IMG/VR virus record: IMGVR_UViG_3300030107_000393
Coordinates: 1 to 57,709 of that record
Source: a virus
Lineage: Duplodnaviria; Caudoviricetes
Length of the DNA: 57,709 bases
Strand: one strand, 5' to 3'
Shown: piece after piece, positions 46,214 to 56,089 of the stretch
Layout: the number at the start of each line of letters is the position of its first letter
Numbering within the stretch: position 1 is the stretch's first letter
Notes under the pieces: model-generated
Seen by the model: the letters and a program-made list of their open reading frames with translations, nothing else
The model's database searches: none
Told to the model about the DNA's origin: nothing
Position numbers and translations under genes: made by a program

Positions 46214-47943
46214 GCTTCCTCCAGTGCTTTAACTTTAGTTTCTAATGTTTCTATTTTTGCTATTGCTTCTTGAAGTGCTTTTGTAAGGTGAGCAACTATG
46301 CTTGTGGTATTTATTGAAAAACCATCTGTACCTTCAATATCTTTTTCTTTATCTGGTGCAACATACTCTTCACCCATTACGTCATTAGGTAAAATCTTTT
46401 GAACTTCTTGTGCTATAAAACCACCAAGACCATTTCCTTTATCAGTATCTTTCCAATCAAAAATAACTGGTCTTAATTTTTTAATAATGGATATACCTTC
46501 AGATACATCTTTAATATTTTGTTTTAATTTTTCATCAGAAGTATCATTAAAATCACCAGAAGCTACTCCATCAGTCAGTGTAAATTGATTAAAGAAACCA
46601 GTATTAGCAGCATTTGGTGTATAAAATCTCATACCTCTACGAAATATTACTTCTCTACCATCACCAGTAAATCCACCATTTGGATTTACTCTTGGATTAT
46701 AACCAAAACTAAAAGTTCCTTCAGATGCAGTATCATCTCTACCCAACATAAATGCTTCATAACCAGTTGAGTAACCCCAATTTGTTCCAGTAATACATTG
46801 ATGCAAACTGCCAGAGCCACATTTTATTCTAAATTCTGCTGGATTATTTGTATCGCCAGTTCTTGTTATTTGCATTGCTGGTATACCAACACATTTAAAT
46901 TCTATGTTTCCACCAGATTGTGGTGCATCTATAAAAGGTGTTCCATCTGTTTCAACACCCAAAACAAGCATTTTTGAACCACCACTAGATGTTTCTTCAA
47001 GTTTTATTCTAGGTGTTGTATCATTAATATGAACTGTATCATTTGAAGTTGGCGCTCTATTAACACCTACATGACCAGTGCTACTATCCACCCTAAATCT
47101 TACAGTATTAGCTTGTCCGTCTGTTATTGCTAACAAAGGATAACCAGCACTTGCATTTAATGGTTCTTTTATTAAAACACCATACCCTGTTGCAGAAGTT
47201 GTATTTTGAAATGTAGCTATATAATCAGTACCACTACCATTTACATGTAATAAAGTTGCAGGACTATTTGTATTGACACCTACTCTATTGTTTCCTGAAT
47301 CTATTTTTAATGTGCCTGCGTCAAACGATACGTCTCCAAATATGCCACCACTAAAATAAGCTTGACCACTAAATGTAGTTTGACCACTAAAAACTGTAGT
47401 TCCAGAAACTGTGCCTCCAGACGATTTGTCTAATCCATTAGAAATAACTACAGACTTGTAAGCAATAATTATTATTTCGTCTGACGCACTAGCGTTTGTT
47501 ACTAAGACGACAGACGTGCCGTTAGACGCAGTAAAGTCTGACTCATCAAGACGTACACCATTCATAAAGACGTCTATGTTACCTGCTGTGTAACTAAGTT
47601 CTAATCCATTTGCGTCATTGTTTTGAAATGTATTCTGACCACCTGTTGCAACAAACTTAAATCTGTTTATGTTTGTATATGTTGTTGGTACGTCTACTGA
47701 CCTGCCAAGATAACGAATGACGATTGTGTCTCCGTTTGGTATGTTCTCTGTAAATGTTATTGTAGTGCCTACTGCTGAATATGCAGTTGTAGGTTCTTGG
47801 ACTACGTTACCTACTGTTACAATTATACTGTCGCTGTCTGGTACAAATTGATTAAGTGTAAATGCGGCTGTAGAACCATTGGCAGTAGTAATTGTTTGGC
47901 TTTCTACTGCTCCAAAATTTGGTGATGAACCTATATATGGCAT
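46210..47943 (-). CDS. Tail fibre with C-terminal peptidase S74 chaperone
   Basis: MPYIG start; SDEKLKQNI...LRPVIFDW...GFIAQEV...LTKALQE. Confidence 0.88.
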   Translation of the reverse strand: MPYIGSSPNFGAVESQTITTANGSTAAFTLNQFVPDSDSIIVTVGNVVQEPTTAYSAVGTTITFTENIPNGDTIVIRYLGRSVDVPTTYTNINRFKFVATGGQNTFQNNDANGLELSYTAGNIDVFMNGVRLDESDFTASNGTSVVLVTNASASDEIIIIAYKSVVISNGLDKSSGGTVSGTTVFSGQTTFSGQAYFSGGIFGDVSFDAGTLKIDSGNNRVGVNTNSPATLLHVNGSGTDYIATFQNTTSATGYGVLIKEPLNASAGYPLLAITDGQANTVRFRVDSSTGHVGVNRAPTSNDTVHINDTTPRIKLEETSSGGSKMLVLGVETDGTPFIDAPQSGGNIEFKCVGIPAMQITRTGDTNNPAEFRIKCGSGSLHQCITGTNWGYSTGYEAFMLGRDDTASEGTFSFGYNPRVNPNGGFTGDGREVIFRRGMRFYTPNAANTGFFNQFTLTDGVASGDFNDTSDEKLKQNIKDVSEGISIIKKLRPVIFDWKDTDKGNGLGGFIAQEVQKILPNDVMGEEYVAPDKEKDIEGTDGFSINTTSIVAHLTKALQEAIAKIETLETKVKALEEA

Positions 47944-48158
47944 TAGTCTGCTTCCTCTATTGTTAATTCACCTGCATCAACTTGTCGTTTTATTTCAGCA
48001 TAATCTGCATTTCCTTGATAAATTCTATTTCCATCATCATCAAATTTATCTGGGTCTACTGGAACAAAACATTCAACACTATCTTTTGTTACTTTTATAG
48101 CAACGATTGTTTTGTTATCTTCTCCTTTACAATATTTTGCTTTACTGTAGTTCGGCAT
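47943..48158 (-). CDS. Small tail fibre-associated protein
   Basis: FVPVDP...NADYAEIKRQVDAGELTIEEAD. Confidence 0.7.
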   Translation of the reverse strand: MPNYSKAKYCKGEDNKTIVAIKVTKDSVECFVPVDPDKFDDDGNRIYQGNADYAEIKRQVDAGELTIEEAD

Positions 48159-49281
48159 CTGCTTCTCCTCTTACTTCTAATCCAGCTCTAGCAGCATTAC
48201 TATCATTTACTGTTCTTATAAAATGAACACCCATAGTATCAGCAGTTGAAACACTTATACCACCCATATCATCACCTAAACCTAATTGTGGTGCTGTAAT
48301 TGTTAATGTTGGTGACCTTTGCATTTCAACTGGAAAATAACAATACCCACTAAAATCGTTTAAATTACCATGTGGAGCCATTAATTTTCCTATAACATTA
48401 TTTTCGCCTTTACCTTTGTAATAATATCGTTGACATTTGCGTAAGGTTAAATCTTTATTTTCTTGTTCAAAAGGTGTTGCTACAGCACCCTCTTCCCATT
48501 GAACTCCAGTAAGATAAAAGTAATTGTTTACTGCAAAGGCAATGTCATTTGTTGAATGACCATAAGCAAATCTTGAATCTGATTTATTTGCCCAAGCACC
48601 ATTTGGATTTGAACTTGTGTAGTTTGAACCAGCGGCTAAAATCCAACTTATTTCTAATCCCAAACCATTGTCACTATTCATTGTTGCACCAGTGTCACCT
48701 GGAATAGTTATTGTTTTTCTTTCCCAAGTATTTGCAGAATTTACTGTATAAGTAGCACTTATATTTCTTCCTGTTCCGTCTACTGTTTGAAAACATACTG
48801 CGTATGTTCCAACAGTATTTGTAAAGACATAAAATGATAATGTAGTTGTTTTTGCATTAGAAGTTCCCCACGCCAATCGTCTTAGAAACTGTGCTTCTAG
48901 TTGATGTCTAATATGTATTAGTTCAGCTGCACCTATGTTTGAATCGGCAGTTGTACATTTTATCTCAAGGCTATCACCACCAAGCTCTCTTATTTCTGCT
49001 TCACCAGCAATATAATGTCTTTCACTAAAATTAGCTGTGTCTAAATTATTTTTAACTAATTGAAATCTATCAACTGCTTTGGGTATATTTGTTAATGTAG
49101 CTGCTCTTTGATGTATTTTCATTGCACCATTGATTATTATATTTTTTCCAGCAGTGGTTGCAGAAGGAATAAATCCACCACTTACAGTTAAATTACCTGC
49201 AATGGTTGGATTGTTTTCTATTTTAACACCAGTTACAGCATCGTCTGCAATTTGATTTGTACTTATTTTTGATAATGGCAT
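48142..49281 (-). CDS. Tail fibre protein with carbohydrate-binding-like domain
   Basis: KNIIINGAM..HQR, TLSF, GVQWEEGAVATPFE, CQRYY, ADAEL. Confidence 0.82.
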   Translation of the reverse strand: MPLSKISTNQIADDAVTGVKIENNPTIAGNLTVSGGFIPSATTAGKNIIINGAMKIHQRAATLTNIPKAVDRFQLVKNNLDTANFSERHYIAGEAEIRELGGDSLEIKCTTADSNIGAAELIHIRHQLEAQFLRRLAWGTSNAKTTTLSFYVFTNTVGTYAVCFQTVDGTGRNISATYTVNSANTWERKTITIPGDTGATMNSDNGLGLEISWILAAGSNYTSSNPNGAWANKSDSRFAYGHSTNDIAFAVNNYFYLTGVQWEEGAVATPFEQENKDLTLRKCQRYYYKGKGENNVIGKLMAPHGNLNDFSGYCYFPVEMQRSPTLTITAPQLGLGDDMGGISVSTADTMGVHFIRTVNDSNAARAGLEVRGEADAELQ

Positions 49282-49295
49282 TTATATATTCCTAC

Positions 49296-49646
49296 TTATA
49301 GTTTCAATGCTTCTTCAATATCTTTTTTATATGCTTCTTTTATTTCATCTGTCCAAAGTGACTCAGCAACAGCTTTTACTTTTGGTTCTTCATTAGATAA
49401 ATCTGTTGGTTCATGTTTCCAACTTTCGTCTGCTAATCTCATTGATGTAAAAGGAACTAATGAACTTCTTTCATGTGAACTACTTATAATTTGATAAGAA
49501 CCATTTGCTTGTTCTTCTTTTACTTTTGTAGTTGTTCTTATTGATAAAGACCAATCTCCAATTACTTCTATTACATCTACTTTTGTTTCTTTTATTAAAT
49601 CGCCTTGTGCCATTTTTACTCCTATACTGAACCTATATGATAACAA
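49296..49646 (-). CDS. Tail fibre-associated protein
   Basis: DVIEV...SSHER...VKAVAESLWTDEIKEAY; likely start at MAQGD. Confidence 0.7.
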   Translation of the reverse strand: MLSYRFSIGVKMAQGDLIKETKVDVIEVIGDWSLSIRTTTKVKEEQANGSYQIISSSHERSSLVPFTSMRLADESWKHEPTDLSNEEPKVKAVAESLWTDEIKEAYKKDIEEALKL

Positions 49647-50977
49647 CCACTTATTTTCATTCTATGGTCACTAAAATTTATTTGATTTGCTGTTAAACTT
49701 CGCCATTGACCACTGTCTGGGCTTTGTAGAAAACTTATATAATTACTGTATTGCTGTGCCATTACATGAGGGTGTGAAGAATCTGATACTCTTCTATAAA
49801 AATATTGTATATTCATAGAAGTACCAGTATGTCCAGTAAAAGGCAGATTTTGAATTTGTATAGAATTAGTTAATGTGCCACTTACTCCACTATCACTATC
49901 CATGTTTATATCTATAAAAACTATATCGCCTATTCTTGTATAATGACCACTTCCATATTGGTCACCACTTCCTTGATAATTAAATGTAGCACCACTTGAA
50001 ACTATTTTTGGTTTAAACGTACCATGTTCATAATGTTTTAATACTTCATTTTCTGTAGTTGGATTTTCAGTTCCATCACCACTAGCAACAGCAAGTCCTC
50101 CAGTTTGTGCAGAAAAATCTATTCCCTTACCACTTGTTCCTATAATAAGGTTGCCAGTTTTAACATTTACATCGCCATCTGATTCTATATTTAAAACAGA
50201 AGTTACAGTTCCATTTACTGCAAAATCATGTCCTTGTCCTGAAGCTGCATAATATCCTAACCCACCATTACCAGAGTGTCTGTTACCAATGTAACCACCA
50301 CTATTACCAGAAAAATTAACAGTTCCTCCCCAAACTCCACTGTTAATATCTAAAGATTTAAAGTTTGCTCCTAAAGGTGATGCTGGACTTGAAGTACCTA
50401 TCCCAACATTACCATCAGTATTAATAGCCATAGCATTAGCATTGTTTTGAAGAAAATAAACTGGGTGGTCAGTAGTTGTTCCTACATTTAATCCATAATT
50501 ATTTCTATGTTGAAAAATAGATGTTGCTGCTGTTCCTGCCGTAGAAGAAAGTTTAATTTCTGAATACTCAGAAGAACCATTAGAACCAGTATTTGATAAA
50601 TTTAATCTAACAGTTCCATTTGTTTCTGCTCTGCTTACTGTTAAATCACCAGTAGTAGTTAAAAGACCAGTAATAGTTCCACCAGTTTTTCTAAATGCTC
50701 CTGTATCTGTGCCTGTTTGCTGTGCAAGATTACGATAAACTACGTAAAAGTCTCCAGATGGTGGAGCTTCGCTAAAGCGAAGCGTAACGCCATCACTTAA
50801 TATTGTGTATGATGTTGTTGGTTGCTGTTGTACGTTTGAAACAAATACTTCAATGTCTTCTGGTTGAGATACATGTTTGTTTAATGTAAAATCTACAAGA
50901 CTTCCGTTAGCATTTGTAAATACTTGTGATGTTGCTTTAGCAAATGTTGTTGCAGGTTGTGCGCCTATGAATGGCAT
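49622..50977 (-). CDS. Tail fibre protein (451 aa)
   Basis: MPFIG start; GNVGIGTSSP; GIDFSA...YEHGTF...YTRIGDIV...NLPF. Confidence 0.85.
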   Translation of the reverse strand: MPFIGAQPATTFAKATSQVFTNANGSLVDFTLNKHVSQPEDIEVFVSNVQQQPTTSYTILSDGVTLRFSEAPPSGDFYVVYRNLAQQTGTDTGAFRKTGGTITGLLTTTGDLTVSRAETNGTVRLNLSNTGSNGSSEYSEIKLSSTAGTAATSIFQHRNNYGLNVGTTTDHPVYFLQNNANAMAINTDGNVGIGTSSPASPLGANFKSLDINSGVWGGTVNFSGNSGGYIGNRHSGNGGLGYYAASGQGHDFAVNGTVTSVLNIESDGDVNVKTGNLIIGTSGKGIDFSAQTGGLAVASGDGTENPTTENEVLKHYEHGTFKPKIVSSGATFNYQGSGDQYGSGHYTRIGDIVFIDINMDSDSGVSGTLTNSIQIQNLPFTGHTGTSMNIQYFYRRVSDSSHPHVMAQQYSNYISFLQSPDSGQWRSLTANQINFSDHRMKISGCYHIGSV

Positions 50978-51339
50978 TATGTTGTTATCTCCATTATACT
51001 AAGTGTTATATCTGCTGCGCCAGACGCAAGTAATGTAATGCTGTCTGTGTCTTCCAATACAATTTTGTTACCCCCTAAAAATTCCTGTGTGCCTCCGACA
51101 GGTACAGGTCCGTCTTTCACAAGAAAGACGTTTGTGTTTTCTGTACTGGTAGTTGTTGCTGATGGTACTCTGCCTGTTGTATTAGATATAAGTTTTACCT
51201 GTATAGTTATTCCAGAAGACGTTGTGTTGCAGACCATCAAGCCAAGGACTACAGTTGCATTTACTGAGCTTCCTGCTTCGTATATTGTCTTGACAGATGT
51301 TACTCCTGCCTTTGTTACTGTCTTAAATGTATTTGGCAT
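50977..51339 (-). CDS. Tail fibre adaptor-like protein (120 aa)
   Basis: MPNTFK...GLMVCN...KIVLEDTD...LSIMEIT. Confidence 0.7.
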   Translation of the reverse strand: MPNTFKTVTKAGVTSVKTIYEAGSSVNATVVLGLMVCNTTSSGITIQVKLISNTTGRVPSATTTSTENTNVFLVKDGPVPVGGTQEFLGGNKIVLEDTDSITLLASGAADITLSIMEITT

Positions 51340-51342
51340 AAA

Positions 51343-53727
51343 TCACCCCAATGCTATCGCTAACGCTGTTACGTCATCTGACGTTGAACCTGTTGCTGTA
51401 GTTAAAATTGCGTTTGAATTTATATTTACCACTCCTGCTGAAGCTCTTGATATTGTTGTGTCAGAAGCATGACCTAGTTCTATATTACCAGTTGTAGTCA
51501 ATACACCAGTAATATCTAATCCAGTAGATTTAGTTACTAACTTTTCACTGCCATAATGATTTAATTTAACTTCGCCTGTACCCCCATCACATTGAATGTA
51601 GGTAGCTGTACCACCAGAACCATCATCACTCGATAATTTTATATCCCCATCTTCTCTAGTATTAGTAATTAGAAGAAACATTGATTCAGCATAAAATGAC
51701 GTTCCTACATGATTAGCTTTTAAAAATGCATCACCATCAGTACCTAATTCTATTCTAGCACTGTCATTAAATCTTAATTTACCTTCTGAGCTATCCCAAG
51801 TTAAATCATAAGCTGAACTATTAGTGCTATCAAAAATTACGTCTCCAGTAAATGTACCACCTGCTAACGGCATCTTTGTTGCTATACTGTTGGTAACTGT
51901 AGTTGAGAAGTTTGCGTCATCACCTAGAGCTGCGGCTAGTTCATTAAGAGTGTTGAGTGTGCCTGGTGCTGAGTCAACAAGGTCTGATAGCTCTGTCTGT
52001 ACGTATGCTGTTGTTGCTATTTGTGTTGTGTTTGTATTAGATGCAGCAGTTGGTGCTGTTGGTGTTCCTGTTAATGATGGAGAAGCTAATGGAGCTTTTA
52101 AATTTAGTGCAGTAACAGTCGCTTTTAAATTAAGTTGTGTTACGATTGATTTGGCTGAAGCTAATGTGTCGTCACTTCCAGATACGCTATTTAAGTTTGT
52201 ATCCAATACTCCAGATTTAAAATCTGCTACGTCAATATTTGAGATTGAGTTGCCAGAAGCTTCGACATCAAATGTTTTGTTGGTGAGTGTTTCTGTTTTA
52301 CTTTCTGTAGATTTAGATGCAAGTACTGTTGATAAAGTGTCAATGTTAGATATTGTATGATTGTGACTGTCGTCTGCTATTGTAGTTTCAAAACTTACGT
52401 CACCAAGATTTGTTAATGTTCCAGTACCAGTTACGTCTCCAGTTAAAGTAATAATTGGAGATTTAGTTACATTTACAAATTTAGATAAGCTGTTGTTGTA
52501 TTGAATAAACTGATTGTTGGCTATAGAACTTATAGTTACGTCTGATAAACTATTAAGGTTGCCTATTGCATTTGCTGTATTTTGTGCGGCTGTTGCACTG
52601 TTGGCTGCTTCTGTAGCGTAATGCAATGCAGAATATAATCCAGACGTGCCACCATTTGTAGATGTAAGTGTGAATGTAGTGTTATGTGCTGTAACTGCGT
52701 ATTTGCCTGCATCGTCTTTATGGTCAGACGCTGTATTTTTGTGGGTGTTTGCTGTGTTAGCATGACCTAATGCTGTTGTTGCATGAGTGTTTGATTGGTT
52801 TGCATAATATTTAGATGAAAAATCAGAACCTGATATAGCTGTTGATATTGTAAAAGACGAACCACCACCTAATGCCCATGCCTTTGCAGAACCAGATGAT
52901 AATGTTGTTGTTGGTGCAGTTGCGTGGTTTGATGCTGTATCTTTGTGACCTGACGCTGATGATGCTGAGTTAGATGCTTCTGTTGCGTAGTGTAGGGCAG
53001 AGTAAAGACCAGATGTCCCACCATTCGTTGATGTTAAACTGAATGTTTGGTTGTGTGCAGTTACTGCGTATTTGGCTGCGTCTGCACGATGGTTGCTTGC
53101 CAGACCTGCCTGAGTGGTTGCTGTTGTTGCGTTAGCACTTGCTTTTGCTTGGTAATGAAGTGCTGAGAAAAGACCTGATGTACCACCATTGGTACTGGTT
53201 AGGGAGAACGAGGTGTCTTCTGCTGTGACTGCGTACTTGGCTGCGTCTGCTCTGTGGTCGCTTGCGATTGCGGCTTGGGCTTGCGCTCCTGATACATCGA
53301 CAATCTTCTTCGTGTTTGACGAACTGATAAATGCAGATTCCGAGCCGAAGGTTGAAGCTGATGAAAGACCATGTACTAAATATACGTCACTATTGGCTAC
53401 AGTTACAAGGTCAAAGTTGTTGTAAGATGTTGATGTACTGAATGCTCCTTCTACGCTGAAGAAACTTGTTACATCTACGAAGCTTGCACTTGAGTTTGAG
53501 AATACGCCTGCTCTAAATTGTAGGTTGCTTGTTGTTGCGTTGTATCTAAACTCAAAATTTTCTGAACGGAATGTACCACTGTTAGCAGGGTCAAATAAGT
53601 CATCGAGTAAGTCTGATAATGTACGTCCACCTATTTCGGCTGCTTCCATGTAGGTGTCGAGGACGTGTTCGCCTGTGTTGGCAGAAAGAAATCGAAGTTG
53701 TTCGCCAGTAGGTCTTGTCTCTGCCAT
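51343..53727 (-). CDS. Main tail fibre (794 aa) with internal repeats
   Basis: Three SALHY repeats; KAPLASPSLTGTPTAPT..TQIATTAYV..APGTLNTLNELAAALGDD; ends ALAIALG. Confidence 0.85.
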   Translation of the reverse strand: MAETRPTGEQLRFLSANTGEHVLDTYMEAAEIGGRTLSDLLDDLFDPANSGTFRSENFEFRYNATTSNLQFRAGVFSNSSASFVDVTSFFSVEGAFSTSTSYNNFDLVTVANSDVYLVHGLSSASTFGSESAFISSSNTKKIVDVSGAQAQAAIASDHRADAAKYAVTAEDTSFSLTSTNGGTSGLFSALHYQAKASANATTATTQAGLASNHRADAAKYAVTAHNQTFSLTSTNGGTSGLYSALHYATEASNSASSASGHKDTASNHATAPTTTLSSGSAKAWALGGGSSFTISTAISGSDFSSKYYANQSNTHATTALGHANTANTHKNTASDHKDDAGKYAVTAHNTTFTLTSTNGGTSGLYSALHYATEAANSATAAQNTANAIGNLNSLSDVTISSIANNQFIQYNNSLSKFVNVTKSPIITLTGDVTGTGTLTNLGDVSFETTIADDSHNHTISNIDTLSTVLASKSTESKTETLTNKTFDVEASGNSISNIDVADFKSGVLDTNLNSVSGSDDTLASAKSIVTQLNLKATVTALNLKAPLASPSLTGTPTAPTAASNTNTTQIATTAYVQTELSDLVDSAPGTLNTLNELAAALGDDANFSTTVTNSIATKMPLAGGTFTGDVIFDSTNSSAYDLTWDSSEGKLRFNDSARIELGTDGDAFLKANHVGTSFYAESMFLLITNTREDGDIKLSSDDGSGGTATYIQCDGGTGEVKLNHYGSEKLVTKSTGLDITGVLTTTGNIELGHASDTTISRASAGVVNINSNAILTTATGSTSDDVTALAIALG
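52606..53257 (-). repeat. Three diverged ~110-bp repeats within the tail fibre (approximate bounds)
   Basis: AxKYAVTA...F[ST]LTSTNGGTSGL[FY]SALHY x3. Confidence 0.8.
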
Positions 53728-54128
53728 TACTTATAATACCCCATATCTTTCATTAATCTTATCAGTTTTGATTTTGTAAGTGAATATTTTTCTGCTGTAG
53801 TTACTTTGCTTTGTTCTCTTTCAATCTCAAGTATTCTTGTTTTGCACTCTTCGATTGTAGCTTCTATTGACTTGAACATTTCCATGATGGGTGTCAGTTC
53901 TTCTTTAAAATCGTTTTTAGAGACTTCCTGTCGCTCGTTTACGTATTGTATTATCTTTCCCTCTACTACTTCTATTGCCTTGTCTCTCTGCTTTCCTTGC
54001 TCGATTGAAGCATCTATTTCGCTTTTGTTGTTGATAATTAGTTCTGCATTGGCGTCAAGAAGCTTCTGTGTTTCTTCTTTGAAGAGTTTAAATTTTTCTT
54101 CTACAAAATTTATAACTTCTTTATCCAC
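53727..54128 (-). CDS. Coiled-coil hypothetical protein (133 aa)
   Basis: GAGG RBS; between portal and fibre. Confidence 0.7.
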   Translation of the reverse strand: MDKEVINFVEEKFKLFKEETQKLLDANAELIINNKSEIDASIEQGKQRDKAIEVVEGKIIQYVNERQEVSKNDFKEELTPIMEMFKSIEATIEECKTRILEIEREQSKVTTAEKYSLTKSKLIRLMKDMGYYK

Positions 54129-56049
54129 GTTGATTACCTCTCATTGGAACAAGGTTGCCACGTTCTACTTCTCTGTTTAAGTCTTCGCCAGACTTGACAG
54201 ATGCACCACGCATCTTTTCCATAATTTGCATTTGCTGTGATGGTGTCGGACCTTGTTTTTGAAGTTGCTCTTGGTTTACTCTGAACCTGTCGAGGTCTGT
54301 TATACCCATTGCACGTATGGCTTCTTCTGCAATTTGTCCTGCATTGTATTCCATTGTTAAGCCTGTCTGGTTCATTATCTGTAGCATGTTCATCCAGGTT
54401 TCTGCGTTGCGTGTGGGTTCAAGGGGAAGAGTGCCGTCTATTACTAGATAGTCAATGTCCCCTTGAAGGTCTTTAGATACATCGAAGTCCATGTATCCAT
54501 CTTCTACCATGCCTTCTAATTGTGAGGGCATGTTTTCTTTTTCAAGCTTGACAGAACCAGAAAGTGCGAGAGCGTCCTGTATATTGGCTACCATCATACG
54601 AACCATAGGACGCATTGTTGTTGCTGACATCACACGTGCCAGTACACCAAGACGTTGTGAGCCGAGTTGTGTCAGACGCTGTATCTCTGTTGCTGTTCTC
54701 ACGTCTGGTGTCGGTACGCCTTGTTGTGCATCAGATGCGGCTGATACACGTTGTTTGAGTTCTGCCATTGCACTTATATCGCTGAAGTGTCCACGTGTTA
54801 CGTCTGGAACTTGTGCTATGAATACGCCATCACCTGGCTTAGAGCCTGGTAGAGTTCGGACGACACCCCAAGGATTTCTGTCCACAAGGTCTGGTACAGA
54901 CACTTGTGTAGGGTCAACGAATATAAGGTTGTTAAGGGCTGCTGATATGTTGTCGATACGGCTACGCAATAAGTAGGTTGCTATATCGTGCATAGGTAAA
55001 ATTAAATCGTAGAGAGACTGTCCATATGTTTTGTGTGAGTCTTGGTAAAGACCACCAATGACTACAGGCATCTGTCTGCCGTATGGGTTTAGTTGGAAAC
55101 GTATGACTACGTTCTCGTCTAGGATTGTTATGACCAGATAGATTTGGTCTATTGTTGGTATTCCTATCTCATGTCCAGATAGACGTACCCAAGCTTCGTC
55201 AATTACACGTGCATCACCAAGAGTGAAGTATGCATGGTCTTTTCTCTCACGTTGGTTGGCTGTCGCAGGGTCGATTGAAAGTCCTCTGCCCTGTTCCTTG
55301 TGCCAGTGATGTGCGTTCCATGCGTTTCTTGGTGGTGACATTTTTTTACGTAGTTCTGGGAACTTACGTAGCTTTGGGTATAAGCCACTGTAGAGTATTG
55401 AGTTGTATGATACGTAGTCTGCAAACACTACGAACTGCATGTTTTCCCAATCGCCAAAGTTGACACGTGGGTCTGGAAATACTCTGCGTGGGTCAAAGTT
55501 TATTATTTGATTTTGATTTTCTTTTGCATTCCATACTATCTTTGTTGGTGCAAATCCATAACGTATGCTGTCGAGAAGCATTTGTGCTAGACGTGCTTCG
55601 CCTGCTGTACGTCTCATCTGTTGGTGAAGGACACGCTCTAGTATGAGAGATGCTTGTCGAGACTTTCTGTTTAGACCTTCAAGTTGGAACATTGGGTTAC
55701 GTCCACCCAGTGCTGCCATGAGGTATGTTAGTACTGTGTCTGCTATTGCACGAGTGTCTGCGATAACTGCTTTTTCTCTGAAGTCTGTTGTGTTAGGTTT
55801 TACGTAAACGTCATGCGCCCTGTCTGCTTCTTTCCAATGGTCGTATCTGTTTCTGATTTTGTTGTAGGACATATCAGTCATTGACTTTACGTAGTCTACA
55901 ATCTTTCTTTCCTGTTCTTCGGTTAGGTCAGAAGAGATGTCGTCATATGCTACAATACGTTCTGCAAATTCTGATAGGTCAACTATCACGCCTTCGTTAT
56001 GTGGAGGAACGTAGTCTGCACTTGCGTATGTTTTTGTATTTTCAGCCAT
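54121..56049 (-). CDS. Portal protein
   Basis: Follows terL; DSIRYGFA, FDPRRVFPDP, RTATEIQ podovirus portal motifs. Confidence 0.88.
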   Translation of the reverse strand: MAENTKTYASADYVPPHNEGVIVDLSEFAERIVAYDDISSDLTEEQERKIVDYVKSMTDMSYNKIRNRYDHWKEADRAHDVYVKPNTTDFREKAVIADTRAIADTVLTYLMAALGGRNPMFQLEGLNRKSRQASLILERVLHQQMRRTAGEARLAQMLLDSIRYGFAPTKIVWNAKENQNQIINFDPRRVFPDPRVNFGDWENMQFVVFADYVSYNSILYSGLYPKLRKFPELRKKMSPPRNAWNAHHWHKEQGRGLSIDPATANQRERKDHAYFTLGDARVIDEAWVRLSGHEIGIPTIDQIYLVITILDENVVIRFQLNPYGRQMPVVIGGLYQDSHKTYGQSLYDLILPMHDIATYLLRSRIDNISAALNNLIFVDPTQVSVPDLVDRNPWGVVRTLPGSKPGDGVFIAQVPDVTRGHFSDISAMAELKQRVSAASDAQQGVPTPDVRTATEIQRLTQLGSQRLGVLARVMSATTMRPMVRMMVANIQDALALSGSVKLEKENMPSQLEGMVEDGYMDFDVSKDLQGDIDYLVIDGTLPLEPTRNAETWMNMLQIMNQTGLTMEYNAGQIAEEAIRAMGITDLDRFRVNQEQLQKQGPTPSQQMQIMEKMRGASVKSGEDLNREVERGNLVPMRGNQRG

Positions 56050-56089
56050 TTCGAAAGAATACTCCTTTTAGTTTTAATTTGTCGTCCTA

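Noticed and set aside
48142-48158. Programmed frameshift joining two fibre ORFs
   Set aside because: The upstream protein ends with its usual ADAEL-type terminus, the downstream ORF has its own AGGAG and ATG, and no slippery site is seen.
45072-53727. Diversity-generating retroelement or invertible fibre cassette
   Set aside because: No reverse transcriptase, no adenine-variant repeat pair, all genes on one strand, and no flanking inverted repeats seen.
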